Assembly: GCA_026705445.1 (NCBI GenBank)
Contig: JAPPAR010000011.1
Span: 145,776-209,775 of the forward strand
Reading direction: 5' to 3'
Length of the DNA: 64,000 nucleotides
DNA from: Candidatus Dadabacteria bacterium
GTDB taxonomy: Bacteria; Desulfobacterota_D; UBA1144; Nemesobacterales; Nemesobacteraceae
Part shown: one piece after another, positions 19,177-29,347 of the stretch
Position numbering within the stretch: position 1 is the first letter of the stretch
How the letters are laid out: the number at the start of each line of letters is the position of its first letter
The notes under the pieces: model-generated
Databases searched by the model: none
The model's input: only the letters and a program-made list of their open reading frames with translations
Told to the model about the DNA's origin: nothing
Made by a program: the position numbers and the translations under genes

Positions 19177-21114
19177 CTAACGAACCGCAGATATTCCGGA
19201 AATCATGCTGAACCCCGGAGATGAAAAACCGAAAACATTTTCGTAATCCTTGTTGAACAGGTTGTTTACCCTTGAAAACAGCCTGATTTTTTCAACAAAC
19301 CTTTTCACGCTGATTTCGTAGGAAGCCGCGGCGTCAACAATGAAAAAAGAATCGTTTCTGACTCTGGTACCTGGAAACATGCTCCAGTTGACATCCTCCC
19401 TGCTGCCTACGTAGTTTCCCGAAAGGCTGAGGTCAAAAACATTTTTTGAATATCCCGCGTTAAACGAGAACGAATGCTCGGGTATACGTATGAGTTTTTC
19501 TCCCTTCGAAAAAGCCGCGGACCCTGCTCCGCCGTCGTCAGTTACCTCCGCGTCGGTGTACGTATAGCCGGCACTGAGGGTCAGGCAGTCGTTCGGATAC
19601 AAGCTGATTACGCCCTCGACTCCCTTTGACTCCGTGCGGTTTATGTTTTCGTAGTTGGTTCCGTTTTCAAACGGGGTGCCGTTGTAGGCGATCATGTTTT
19701 TGAACTTGTTGCGGAAAAAGGAAAGATCAAGTTCGACCGCACCGTCAAGAAGACGCTGCCTTGCGCCTATTTCCGTGGTTAATGTTTCTTCGGGTTTGAG
19801 ATCGGGGTTTGGTATCGTGAAACCGCCAAAATCGCTGAAATTCTCATGGAAAGTGGCTTCCTTGATTCCCCCGCTTGCCCCTCCCCTTATCTCGGTTCCG
19901 CTCTGCCCGATTTTCCATCTGGCGAAAACACTCGGACTCCACTTGCCTCCGAAGGCTTCGTTATCGTCATACCTTACGCCTGTTGTGACAAAGAGGGTCC
20001 TCAGCAGATCAAGGTGGGTCTGAGTGTAGAAAGCGTAATTTTCTCTTGATTTGTCAAGAGGGTCTGCCTCAAAGTTCTCCTTTTCGTATTCAACTCCGCC
20101 TGAGGTTATGGTTGAGAGCTGGTCAAAGTCAACAAAAAAGCTGGAGCTGTATTCAAACGATACCCTTTTGTCGAGAGTCTCGGATGGGGATGCCCCGAAT
20201 GATCCCTCGGGTTCCGCGGGTCCGTCATAGTTCTCCCTGTCAAGCCTTGTGTAACCGATCTTAACAGAGTTTTCCCACCACTCGGTTGCGGAGAACAAGA
20301 TGTCAAAACCCGTAACGAGCGATTTGCTCCTTGTGCCGCTGTCCGGGTCAACCGGATCAAACCTGTCTCCCGCACTTCCGGTCGGAAATTCAAAATCGGA
20401 ATCCCTGTATATGGAGAAAAACGAGAGATCGAGATTGTCGGCTGCCTCAAGGTTCAGGTTTGCCGTGAAGCTGCGGTTTTTGTAATCGTTGTTTACCTCC
20501 AGAATTCCCTCATCGATGATTCTCTGGTGAGAAAGGAAATAGTCAAGCTTTTCAAGGCTGCCGGATAAGCTTGAGGAATGCTCAAGGATCATCGCGTCTT
20601 CGGCGCGGAATCCCAGTGCAACGGAATTTGTTTTTCTTGCTTTTCCGCTTCCGCGCTTCGTTATTATGTTTATAACGGAAGCCGCGGCGTCAGAACCGTA
20701 AAGAGACGAGTGCGCTCCCTTTATTATTTCTATTCTCTCTATGTTCTCGGTGGTAAGGGAAGAGATGTCAAAACCTCCCCCGGCCTGGTTTATCTGGACG
20801 CCGTTAATCATAACGAGGTTATGATCCGACTGTCCTCCTCTGGCGAAAATAGATGTGACGCCGCCGCGACTTCCCGAGCGCACCACTTTTAACCCAGGAA
20901 CCCTCGAAAATATTGACGCAATGTCCTTCTCGCCGCTTCTCTCAATTTCTTTCCTGTCGATAATGGTAACGGTGGAACCGAGACGGTCAGCGTCAATCCC
21001 GGTTTTTGTTCCCGTAACTATAATTTTCTCTAGTTCGGTTTCCTCCGAAAAACCCGCGGAAGGAAACAGAACCAGGATCAAAACAAAAGCGAAAAACATC
21101 CTAAGTCTGTTCAT
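19177..21114 (-). CDS. TonB-dependent outer-membrane receptor, probable corrinoid (BtuB-like) transporter
   Basis: It has a signal peptide and a plug domain (IIVTGTK...VPGLKVV...GGQSDHNLVMINGV). The start is an ATG behind GGAGG at 21114, and the cobalamin riboswitch lies immediately upstream. Confidence 0.85.
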   Translation of the reverse strand: MNRLRMFFAFVLILVLFPSAGFSEETELEKIIVTGTKTGIDADRLGSTVTIIDRKEIERSGEKDIASIFSRVPGLKVVRSGSRGGVTSIFARGGQSDHNLVMINGVQINQAGGGFDISSLTTENIERIEIIKGAHSSLYGSDAAASVINIITKRGSGKARKTNSVALGFRAEDAMILEHSSSLSGSLEKLDYFLSHQRIIDEGILEVNNDYKNRSFTANLNLEAADNLDLSFFSIYRDSDFEFPTGSAGDRFDPVDPDSGTRSKSLVTGFDILFSATEWWENSVKIGYTRLDRENYDGPAEPEGSFGASPSETLDKRVSFEYSSSFFVDFDQLSTITSGGVEYEKENFEADPLDKSRENYAFYTQTHLDLLRTLFVTTGVRYDDNEAFGGKWSPSVFARWKIGQSGTEIRGGASGGIKEATFHENFSDFGGFTIPNPDLKPEETLTTEIGARQRLLDGAVELDLSFFRNKFKNMIAYNGTPFENGTNYENINRTESKGVEGVISLYPNDCLTLSAGYTYTDAEVTDDGGAGSAAFSKGEKLIRIPEHSFSFNAGYSKNVFDLSLSGNYVGSREDVNWSMFPGTRVRNDSFFIVDAAASYEISVKRFVEKIRLFSRVNNLFNKDYENVFGFSSPGFSMISGISAVR

Positions 21115-21269
21115 TACTAGCTCCTCCAAGTGCTGGCAGACAGCTTTCCCCGAAAGAGCGGTTAAATGAATGAGTACATAGGGCGGAAAACGAAAACTGC
21201 GCGAACGCGCCGGAAAGAAAAAATATGTTTTTAATCGCCATACGCCTAACTCCCGAGGCAAAGCCACTA

Positions 21270-21475
21270 TAGATTGACGCAGGCAGGTCTTCCGACTTAA
21301 AGGGCTGCCTGTTATTGAAACAGAGCGACTTTTCCGGATACGGTCTTCCCGGCTGTGTTGAAGCCAGTGACCCGAAACGCAAGCACGCTTCGCATGGGCA
21401 CCGAAAAAACCCCTTATTACGGCTGCGGGAACAGTTCGGGACTCTCACCCGATTCCCTTAACCTGAATCTAAATA
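21270..21475 (-). promoter_or_regulatory. cobalamin (B12) riboswitch in the 5' leader of the TonB-dependent receptor
   Basis: The minus-strand RNA reads ...GGUUAAGGGAAUCGGGUGAGAGUCCCGAACUGUUCCCGCAGCCGUAA...GGUCACUGGC...AAGUCGGAAGACCUGCC. These are the conserved GGGAA/GGUG..UCC/CCCGC..GUAA core and the B12 box (AGYCMGGAAGRCCUGCC). Confidence 0.8.
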
Positions 21476-21533
21476 TAACTATACAACTTAGTAGTGGGGG
21501 TGTCAAAAGCCCCAAGTCAGCGGGAAGGCGTAA

Positions 21534-21806
21534 TCAGGAATCGCCTTGTGCTTGGGAAGCAAGCATGCGGTCAAGTTCCCCTGAGTGCTCAAGGGCCGCC
21601 AGATCGTCGTAGCCGCCTATGAACTGCTTGCCGACGAAGATCATGGGTACGGTTCTCCAGTTAAGTCTCTTGATAAGCTCCTCTCTTTTTTCCGGATTCT
21701 CGTCAAGCCTGATCTCTTCGTAATCCACCTGTTTTTTGTCAAGGAGTCTTTTTGCCCTTGCGCAGTAAGTGCAGTAAAAGCTTGTGTATATCGTTACTGA
21801 ACTCAA
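21534..21806 (-). CDS. glutaredoxin (Grx3-like) with a CTYC active site
   Basis: VTIYTSFYCTYCARAKRLL...TVPMIFVGKQFIGGYDDL is the glutaredoxin fold pattern. The start is probably TTG; the track ORF extends further upstream. Confidence 0.75.
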   Translation of the reverse strand: MSSVTIYTSFYCTYCARAKRLLDKKQVDYEEIRLDENPEKREELIKRLNWRTVPMIFVGKQFIGGYDDLAALEHSGELDRMLASQAQGDS

Positions 21807-21922
21807 TATCCTACCTCGGTTTGTTTTCAGATCAGATCCTATGATCCTTGGTTTTTGGCATGTATTCAAGTACTTTAAGCGGTTATATACGTCTCCCAGT
21901 CAAGCCGGGGAGTTATTGTCTT

Positions 21923-22474
21923 ATGCGCAAAGAGGCCTTGTTTTTCATAGCGTTTTCGCTGATTTTTCTTGTGAGTTCGTGTTCCGCGACAAGATTTCTG
22001 ATGAACTATGCGTCGGGGGATGACAGGAAGACAGGAAAGATGAAGGACTGGGTCTATACCACCGATCTTAACAGTTACCGTGTCGCGCCCCTTTCGCGGG
22101 ACTGGGAAAGGATACCGCTAGAAGGGGGAGACATGGCTTTTTACAACCCGAAGAGCGATCTCGTGTTGACGGTAAGTTCACTCTGCGCGGACCGGGATTA
22201 CGATCTTCAGACGCTCTCGGACTCTCTGGTCGTCGGCCTGGGCAAAAAGCGTGTCAGACTGCGAAAGGATATCGAGATTGACGGCGCCGCGGGGCTTTAC
22301 ACCGAGTACGAGGCGTCGCTTGGTGATGACAGCTTCTCCCTTGCGACGGTCGTGCACAAGTCTCCTGAATGCGATTACGATTTTAGCTATTCGGCGGCCC
22401 TGGACGGCTTCGAGGCGAATCTCGGAGAATTCATTGATTTCGTTTCAGGTTTCGAGGAACTCTGGGCCAGATGA
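21923..22474 (+). CDS. hypothetical lipoprotein
   Basis: The signal peptide has a lipobox (LVSSC). I recognised no motif. Confidence 0.45.
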   Translation: MRKEALFFIAFSLIFLVSSCSATRFLMNYASGDDRKTGKMKDWVYTTDLNSYRVAPLSRDWERIPLEGGDMAFYNPKSDLVLTVSSLCADRDYDLQTLSDSLVVGLGKKRVRLRKDIEIDGAAGLYTEYEASLGDDSFSLATVVHKSPECDYDFSYSAALDGFEANLGEFIDFVSGFEELWAR

Positions 22475-23259
22475 ACAGGTTCGCATCCGAAGTTATAACC
22501 AGTCTCGTTAACTTTGTTCTCGGCGTGGGAGAGGTCTGCTTTTTCTTCTGGAATTCAGTCGTAGCCACCGTTACCCCTCCCTACGATTACGGTCTTCTTA
22601 CTGTCCAGATATACGATATAGGCTATCGTTCCGTGTCGATAGTAGTGGTCTCCGCCATGGCTATCGGAATGGTGATGGTGGTGCAGATGGCGTGGGGATT
22701 CGCGTGGTTCGGGGCTAAGGGGCTCGTAGGTCCCGTGGTTACTCTCTCGTTTGTGAGGGAGCTCGGTCCCATAATAACCTCTCTTCTTGTGGGCGGCAGG
22801 GTAGGTTCCGGCATCACGGCCGAGATAAGCTCGATGAAGGTGACAGAGCAGATAGACGCCATAAAGACCCTTGGAGCCGATCCGATCAGAAAACTTGTCT
22901 CTCCAAGACTCATGGCGTGCATCATCTCTTTTCCGCTGCTTGCGGTAATATCGAACCTGGCGGGCATAGGAGGGGCGATGATCATCTCTCAGATGGAACT
23001 TAACGTGAAACCCACTCTTTTCATTGAAAGCATAAGGGGCTGGGTTTCCCTTGAAGACCTGATGACCGGTATTTCCAAGACGCTGTTTTTCGGAATCATA
23101 GTGGCGATCACGGGTTGCTATGTGGGAATGAAGGCCGAGGGGGGAACGCGCGGGGTCGGAAACGCCACCACTAAAACTGTTGTGATCTCGCTTTTTCTGA
23201 TAATACTTTTCGACTTCATTCTCTCGAAAATATTCGTTATTGCTTTTTATGACTTCTAA
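22471..23259 (+). CDS. MlaE/YrbE-family ABC transporter permease
   Basis: It is a multi-TM protein. The conserved ...EQIDAIKTLGADPIRKLVSPRL... signature belongs to the MlaE permease family. Confidence 0.8.
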   Translation: MNRFASEVITSLVNFVLGVGEVCFFFWNSVVATVTPPYDYGLLTVQIYDIGYRSVSIVVVSAMAIGMVMVVQMAWGFAWFGAKGLVGPVVTLSFVRELGPIITSLLVGGRVGSGITAEISSMKVTEQIDAIKTLGADPIRKLVSPRLMACIISFPLLAVISNLAGIGGAMIISQMELNVKPTLFIESIRGWVSLEDLMTGISKTLFFGIIVAITGCYVGMKAEGGTRGVGNATTKTVVISLFLIILFDFILSKIFVIAFYDF

Positions 23260-23347
23260 TCTTTTGTCCGGCCCGCTTAAATTTCTTTGACTTTGAGCTT
23301 ACATTCGGTAGAATCGATACCCTTAATTTATCCGAAGAGAGAATATT

Positions 23348-23776
23348 ATGAAGTCATACATGGCCAGAAACGACGATTTTGAAAAAAAGTGGTACCTGAT
23401 CGACGCTCGGGGAAAACCCGTCGGAAGGCTTGCAACCAAGGTGGTTTCGATTCTTAGGGGCAAGAACAAACCGCAGTTTGCTCCTCATTCGGATATCGGA
23501 GATTTCGTCGTTATAGTCAACGCCGACAAAGCCACGTTCTCTGGCAGGAAGTGGGAGCAGAAAACCTACTACAGCCATTCCCACTATCCCGGGGGACTTA
23601 AATCCGTTACTGCGCAAGAACTGGCTGAGAAAAAGCCGGGAGAGATAATCCGCAAGGCCGTCTGGGGGATGCTTCCCAAAAACAGGTGGCAGAAGAAACT
23701 CATACAGCGGATGAAAATCTATGTCGGAGACAAGCATCCGCACATGGCCCAAAATCCCGAGGTTCTGGAGGTCTGA
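23348..23776 (+). CDS. rplM: 50S ribosomal protein L13
   Basis: The sequence pattern WYLIDARGKPVGRLA...YYSHSHYPGG is characteristic. Confidence 0.95.
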   Translation: MKSYMARNDDFEKKWYLIDARGKPVGRLATKVVSILRGKNKPQFAPHSDIGDFVVIVNADKATFSGRKWEQKTYYSHSHYPGGLKSVTAQELAEKKPGEIIRKAVWGMLPKNRWQKKLIQRMKIYVGDKHPHMAQNPEVLEV

Positions 23777-23782
23777 TTCATT

Positions 23783-24178
23783 ATGCCTGAAACCGTTATT
23801 TACAATGGCACGGGGAGAAGAAAAACGTCAATCGCAAGAGTCTGGCTCAGGAGAGGCAGCGGTTCCATTACCGTGAACAAAAAATCCGTGGAAGAGTACT
23901 TTCCCAGAGAAGTATGGCAGATAAAGGCCCGTGAGCCGCTCAGCGTCACCGATACTTCCATGGAATATGACGTGATGGTCAGGGTGAAGGGAGGAGGACT
24001 TACCGGCCAGGCGGGAGCCATGAGCCACGGACTTGCCAGAGCCCTTCTCAAGGCCAACGAGTCGCTTCGCAAGAAACTCAAGGTTTCCGGACTGCTGAAA
24101 CGCGATCCCAGGATGGTTGAGAGCAAAAAGTACGGGAAACGCAAGGCGAGAAGGGGACAGCAGTTCTCCAAAAGGTAA
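23783..24178 (+). CDS. rpsI: 30S ribosomal protein S9
   Basis: The GGGLTGQAGAMSHGLARAL...KYGKRKARRGQQFSKR C-terminus is characteristic. Confidence 0.95.
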   Translation: MPETVIYNGTGRRKTSIARVWLRRGSGSITVNKKSVEEYFPREVWQIKAREPLSVTDTSMEYDVMVRVKGGGLTGQAGAMSHGLARALLKANESLRKKLKVSGLLKRDPRMVESKKYGKRKARRGQQFSKR

Positions 24179-24180
24179 TT

Positions 24181-25529
24181 CATACTTGACCGATCCAAAC
24201 CAGAAGTTCCAGAGAAAATTCGACATCCGCCCGGCCAAGGGAAAGCTAGGGGTGCTGATCCCCGGGATGAGCGGGGCGGTAAGCACAACTTTCATAGCGG
24301 GCTTAAAGGCGGTGGTAAAGGGAGTGGGAAGGCCCATCGGCTCCCTGACGCAGATGGGGAAAATCAGGCTCGGCAAAAGAACCGAGAAGAATTTTCCTCT
24401 CATAAAAGATTTGGTTCCGCTGGCCGAAATCCAGGACATGGTGTTTGCCGGATGGGACATACACGATGAAGACTGCCACGCCTCGGCGCTTCGGGCCGGA
24501 GTGCTCAGTCCCGAACTTCTCGGGAAGATAAGACGGGATCTTGAAAAAGAGTCTCCTATGCGGGCTGTTTTCGATAACAGGTACGTCCGTAATCTCAAGG
24601 GTTCCTACGTAAAGAAGGGCAAGACGAAGATGCATCTTGCCGAGGCCCTGATCAGGGACATAAAGAGATTCCAGAGGGAAAACGATATCGAAAGGCTGGT
24701 AATGCTCTGGTGCGGGAGTACCGAGGTATATCTTGAGCCGTCGGAAGTTCATGAAACCATAGAGGGTTTCGAGAAGGGGCTAAGGGAAAATCACGACGAT
24801 ATTCCCCCGAGCATGATCTACGCCTACGCGGCCATAAAATGCGGTGCCTCCTACGGAAACGGAGCCCCTAATCTGTCCGTGGACATCCCCGCGCTTCAGC
24901 AGCTCGCGATTGAAAACGAGGTTCCAATAGCCGGTAAAGACTTCAAAACCGGCCAGACACTCATGAAGACTATCTTGGCTCCGGGTCTTAAAAGCAGGAT
25001 GCTCGGGCTCAACGGGTGGTTTTCAACCAATATACTGGGTAACCGGGACGGAGAGGTGCTTGATGATCCCGGTTCTTTTAAAACCAAGGAAGAAAGCAAG
25101 CTGGGTGCGCTTGAGTACATATTTCAGCCCGAGATAAATCCTGAGCTTTACTCGGATTACTACCACAAGGTAAGAATAAACTACTACCCGCCGCGCGGAG
25201 ACGAAAAAGAGGCGTGGGACAATATAGACGTTTTCGGATGGCTTGATTATCCAATGCAGATAAAGGTCAATTTTCTCTGCCGCGACAGCATACTTGCCGC
25301 ACCGGTGGTTCTTGATCTCGTGCTGTTCCTAGATCTTGCGCATCGCGCTGGTATCTACGGGGTCCAAGAGTGGCTTTCCTTTTATTTCAAAAGCCCCATG
25401 GTCGATAAGAAGCTCTACCCCGAGCACGATCTTTTCGTTCAGTTCGCCAAGCTGCAGAACACGCTTCGCTACCTGCAGGGCGAGGAACTGATAAGCCATC
25501 TGGGGATTGATTACTACGGTTTCGGCTAA
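24181..25529 (+). CDS. myo-inositol-1-phosphate synthase (inositol-3-phosphate synthase)
   Basis: It carries the MIPS family pattern (LGVLIPGMSGAVSTTFIAGL, LWCGSTE, NGAPN...). The track ORF starts inside rpsI, so the real start is probably the TTG right after the rpsI stop. That start is uncertain. Confidence 0.75.
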
Positions 25530-25547
25530 ACGGGCCGCGTTTCTGCT

Positions 25548-26693
25548 CTACTGCTTGAGGAAGCTTTCCAGATCTTTTCTCACGCCGGAACTTGCGAGTT
25601 TCCCGAGGGCTGCCTTTTCTATCTGCCTTATTCTTTCCCTGGTCAGATTGAACCTCTTGCCGATCTCATCAAGAGTGTAGGTGCTCTGGCGTCCTATGCC
25701 GAAACGAAGCCTTATGATTTCCTCTTCTCTTTGATTCAGAAGAGTAAGAGCTTCCTTCAGCTTTTCTGCGAGAGACATCTTCGCTATTATCGTGTCGGGG
25801 ATTTTAGCTTCCTTATCCGCGACCGAATCAAGAAGCGTGGTCTTCTCCCCGTCGAGAACCGGCGTGTCGAGGCTTATGGCGTCGTTTGTGGAATTGAGAA
25901 TCCTGTTTATAACCTCTGCCGAGATTCCCGAGGCCTCCGCTATTTCCTTGGGCGTCGGCTTTCTTCCCATTTCCTTGCTAAGCTTCGCACTCGTCTTGTA
26001 AACCCTGTTTGCCTGCTCCAGCAGGTAGACAGGGACCTTTATAGTTCTGGTCTGTCCCTGAAGGGCCCTGAGTATGGCCTGGTGTATCCACCATGAGGCG
26101 TAGGTGGAGAACTTGTAGCCCTTTGTGTAATCAAATCTTTCAACCGCGCGCATTAGACCGAGGTTCCCTTCCTGGATGAGATCCGGAAGCGGCAGCCCCC
26201 TGCTCATGTATCTTCTCGAAATCGTTATTACGAGTCTCAGGTTGGCTTTTACGAACTTCTGCTTGAGTTTGAGCGCCCAGTCGACATAAATTTTCTCCAT
26301 AGCGCGCAGGACCGCTATTCTGTGTGCTATCGCACGCGCCTTGGCCGAGTTTTTTCTTGTGCGGATTTTCTCGTATTTTTCAATGCTCTTAGGAACCTTG
26401 GCCATCCTGATTTCGCACATCTTGATTCTCGCAGATATCTCGACTTCCTGCTTCGCGGCGAAAAGAGGCTCAACTGCCATGTCCTTAAAGTAGACGTAAA
26501 GAAGCCGGAGCTGTTCATCGGGGATCCACTTGTCCTTCTCTTTGTCCTTCCCCCTGGGTTTCAGTTCCTCTTCGTCCGAGCTGTCAAAACTCTCTTCGGT
26601 TTCGTTTTCCTCAATGTCGTCGTCAACATCATAGGATTCAAACCCGGAGTCATGTTCCGCATTATCCTGAAAACCTTTATATTTAATGTCCAT
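25548..26693 (-). CDS. RNA polymerase sigma-70 family factor (RpoD/SigA-like, short form)
   Basis: Regions 2-4 are present: LRLVITISRRYMSRGLPLPDLIQEGNLGLMRAVERFDYTKGYKFSTYASWWI, ...LDEIGKRFNLTRERIRQIE. The N-terminus is acidic. Confidence 0.85.
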   Translation of the reverse strand: MDIKYKGFQDNAEHDSGFESYDVDDDIEENETEESFDSSDEEELKPRGKDKEKDKWIPDEQLRLLYVYFKDMAVEPLFAAKQEVEISARIKMCEIRMAKVPKSIEKYEKIRTRKNSAKARAIAHRIAVLRAMEKIYVDWALKLKQKFVKANLRLVITISRRYMSRGLPLPDLIQEGNLGLMRAVERFDYTKGYKFSTYASWWIHQAILRALQGQTRTIKVPVYLLEQANRVYKTSAKLSKEMGRKPTPKEIAEASGISAEVINRILNSTNDAISLDTPVLDGEKTTLLDSVADKEAKIPDTIIAKMSLAEKLKEALTLLNQREEEIIRLRFGIGRQSTYTLDEIGKRFNLTRERIRQIEKAALGKLASSGVRKDLESFLKQ

Positions 26694-26857
26694 CTTGCTT
26701 TTTCACCAATTCCCTGATTGAAAAACGGAGGCAACAAAAAAGGTTTTCAAAACCCAAGCGGGCAATGAAAATTAGCACCTTCCGTCCCTAATAAGGGATT
26801 ATAAGATTTTTCGGACTAAAATGTAAGCGTTTTTTTCCGGGTGTGGTTTTGTGGGAA

Positions 26858-27469
26858 TTACTTCGCCCCGGTGAAGTTCTCCGAAACCTGTTCCCAGTTC
26901 ACCACATTCCACCACGCCTTCACGTAGTCGGGCCTTCTGTTCTGGTAGTTCAGATAATATGCATGCTCCCAGACGTCGAGACCCAGAATGGGCTTCAGTC
27001 CCTCGGAAACCGGGTTATCCTGGTTTGGGGTGGATGTTACCACGAGCCCTCCGCCCTCGTCCACGCAAAGCCACGCCCAGCCGCTTCCGAATCTGGTGGC
27101 GGCTGCCTTGGAGAATGCCTCGGCGAAAGCGTCGAAGCTTCCGAACGCGGAATCTATGGCATCGGCAAGCTCACCCGAAGGCGTTCCTCCGGAACCGGGA
27201 GCCATGCACGGCCAGAAAAGGCTGTGGTTCGCGTGCCCTCCGCCGTTGTTTCTTACCGCGGTTCTTATGTCTTCGGGAACGGAGTCAAGATCGCCGAGCA
27301 GTTCCTCAAGCGATTTGTCCGCCAACTCCGGATGTTTCTCCAGCGCTGCGTTTAAGTTGTTTACGTACCCTTGATGATGCTTTGAATGATGTATTCTCAT
27401 CGTTTCCGCGTCTATATGCGGCTCCAAAGCGTCATGATCATAAGGAAGATCAGGTAATTCGTGCGCCAT
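26858..27469 (-). CDS. Fe/Mn superoxide dismutase
   Basis: The pattern is [32 protein letters not shown]...DVWEHAYY. Confidence 0.95.
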   Translation of the reverse strand: MAHELPDLPYDHDALEPHIDAETMRIHHSKHHQGYVNNLNAALEKHPELADKSLEELLGDLDSVPEDIRTAVRNNGGGHANHSLFWPCMAPGSGGTPSGELADAIDSAFGSFDAFAEAFSKAAATRFGSGWAWLCVDEGGGLVVTSTPNQDNPVSEGLKPILGLDVWEHAYYLNYQNRRPDYVKAWWNVVNWEQVSENFTGAK

Positions 27470-28108
27470 TTTCCTCTCCTTTTAATCTCTCGAAATAAAA
27501 AGCCAAGTCTGGGATTATATATACAACTGCGGACAGTTGCAAGTAGAGTATACCAGAATGTCAGGGTAATCCTATGCTTGTTAGCGAATTCCGAAGCATA
27601 CCAGGCCGGGGAGTCCACAAACCCTGAACACGGGAGTTTCTACCGCAAGGCCGCTCTTTTTGCCCGTTTCGTCAGTGCGCGCGACCCTCACGACAACCTC
27701 CCGCGCATTGAACTCCGGACACCCGGCCTTTGAGGCTGGCAGTACGAAACCCGTGTTTACTGTTTATACCGGCTTCGGAGGGAAAAAGTCAGTGATTCTT
27801 TTTAACTCCCTGTGAATTTACGATTAAATCACTGACCAAGCCTAGCGTGGGATCGCCCTGACCAGAAGAGTACTGGAAATAAATTGAATTGACCGCCGTT
27901 TTGCAATGAATATAGATACGGTTCCATTCAGCCTGATTCAGGCTCTCTCAGCAACCCTGCACTTGTCTCTATGTACGTAAAAATGGTGGCAACATGTCTT
28001 CAACCGTAAGCCAAGAAGCGGTCGAAAAGATGGAACAGATAAAATGGGACCGCCGGAATTAACCGTCTTTCTTACGGAATCAGAGAGACTCTAGCCGGGA
28101 AATTCGCT

Positions 28109-29347
28109 TTACTTCCTTGACCGGTCTCTCCACCAAAACGCAATACAGATTGAGAACACTACCAAAAACAGGTTGAAAACAGCGCTCCAAGGCTTGCTGT
28201 TCGTCCCCGCAACAGCACATCCGTCGTCACCGTCACTACCCATTTCGCCAGCGCCATCCGGCTCGAACGGTTCATAAGTTCCGGAACCAAAAATGAAAAC
28301 TGTTCGCGGCCGGTGGTCAAATGTCACCGCTTCAACATAACTGGTCTTAAGCGATCTTCCGGGTGATCTCCCCTCCATATCAACATCGTCTTCTTCTATA
28401 GTCGGATTGTCCCATTTATACCTGACAAAACCCGACTCCCCGTGTTCTCCCGCAACTTTAAGAATCTCGGCCCCGACGTCAACCCCATCCTCGTCAAGGA
28501 TGTCTACAAAAGAATTCCCCGTGAATTCCGGGTTGTTTCCGTTAAGGATCACTAAGGGAGCTCTATTCCCTATTTTAGCCATGATAAAGAGGTATATGGA
28601 GCCTTCCTTCCAATGTCCTTTTCCGAGACATGCCGCCTTATTAAGGGCATCTTGGAGCCCCTGCGTACCTTGTGGTTCCTGCTTTAGCAAACCATCAATT
28701 CTCTTGATCGCCTCCTTTACAAAGTCCCTCAAGTCTTCGTCTGCTCCACTCTCGTTTACCTGTTGGGCCGTTACAGCGGGTTCGTAATCTGGACAGTCAG
28801 GGGGTGTTATAGCCGGGTCGTCCTTTGCATGATCAAAACCACCGATTAAGACACCCTTTATCTCTCGATTTACAGTGTCATATTGAACAGCGCAACTCCA
28901 CCTATCCATATCTCCGTACTGGACACAAGTTGCTTCCCCCGGAGCGACTTGTTCAAGCTTGGCAAGGAGCTCTCGTACAGTCTCAAGACCGGCTATGGAG
29001 TTCCCAAACAAGTCCTTGGTATAGATTCCATGATTTACTATGGCTCCACCGCTTTTGCCAATTGTAATGAGGTATACAGAATCATGGTTCCATGTTTCTT
29101 GTGTTCTCATTTGCCTGTTGAAAGCCGAAAGCGTGTCACGTCCTCCCCCAACGGCCTCATCCATGTGCTGCTTTGCGTGCAACACAAAGCTTTTCATTGT
29201 AGCTTCATCATTAGCAGAAGCCGCCTCGCTAGCCGTTGTTTGAGGATCGTCATGGGACCCATCGGCAAAAGCGGAAATGCCTGGGAAAAAAGTTATCGTA
29301 GCAAACATCACGCCTAACGTGATTACAAAACCTCGAAAACCCTTCAT
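28109..29347 (-). CDS. secreted tandem Cache-like (PDC-fold) sensor-type protein, C-terminally membrane-anchored, with no output domain
   Basis: The N-terminal signal peptide is present. Two modules carry YL(I/F)...G...H..(I/L)...G...GFVRYKWDNP-type signatures. The C-terminus is Cys + hydrophobic helix + WWRDRSRK. Confidence 0.55.
   Translation of the reverse strand: MKGFRGFVITLGVMFATITFFPGISAFADGSHDDPQTTASEAASANDEATMKSFVLHAKQHMDEAVGGGRDTLSAFNRQMRTQETWNHDSVYLITIGKSGGAIVNHGIYTKDLFGNSIAGLETVRELLAKLEQVAPGEATCVQYGDMDRWSCAVQYDTVNREIKGVLIGGFDHAKDDPAITPPDCPDYEPAVTAQQVNESGADEDLRDFVKEAIKRIDGLLKQEPQGTQGLQDALNKAACLGKGHWKEGSIYLFIMAKIGNRAPLVILNGNNPEFTGNSFVDILDEDGVDVGAEILKVAGEHGESGFVRYKWDNPTIEEDDVDMEGRSPGRSLKTSYVEAVTFDHRPRTVFIFGSGTYEPFEPDGAGEMGSDGDDGCAVAGTNSKPWSAVFNLFLVVFSICIAFWWRDRSRK

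Noticed and set aside
26959-27498. 179-aa Arg/Pro-rich ORF antisense to the superoxide dismutase gene
   Set aside because: It is antisense to an unambiguous sodA/B gene. Its composition is typical of a shadow ORF.
27470-28108. Possible RNase P / SRP / tmRNA / 6S RNA in the long intergenic region
   Set aside because: I looked for the GGAAAGUCCGG and AGGGUGAAA motifs of RNase P, the GGAAGCAGCC domain IV of SRP, and a tRNA-like tmRNA 3' end. None was present, so only an unspecific possible-sRNA note is kept.
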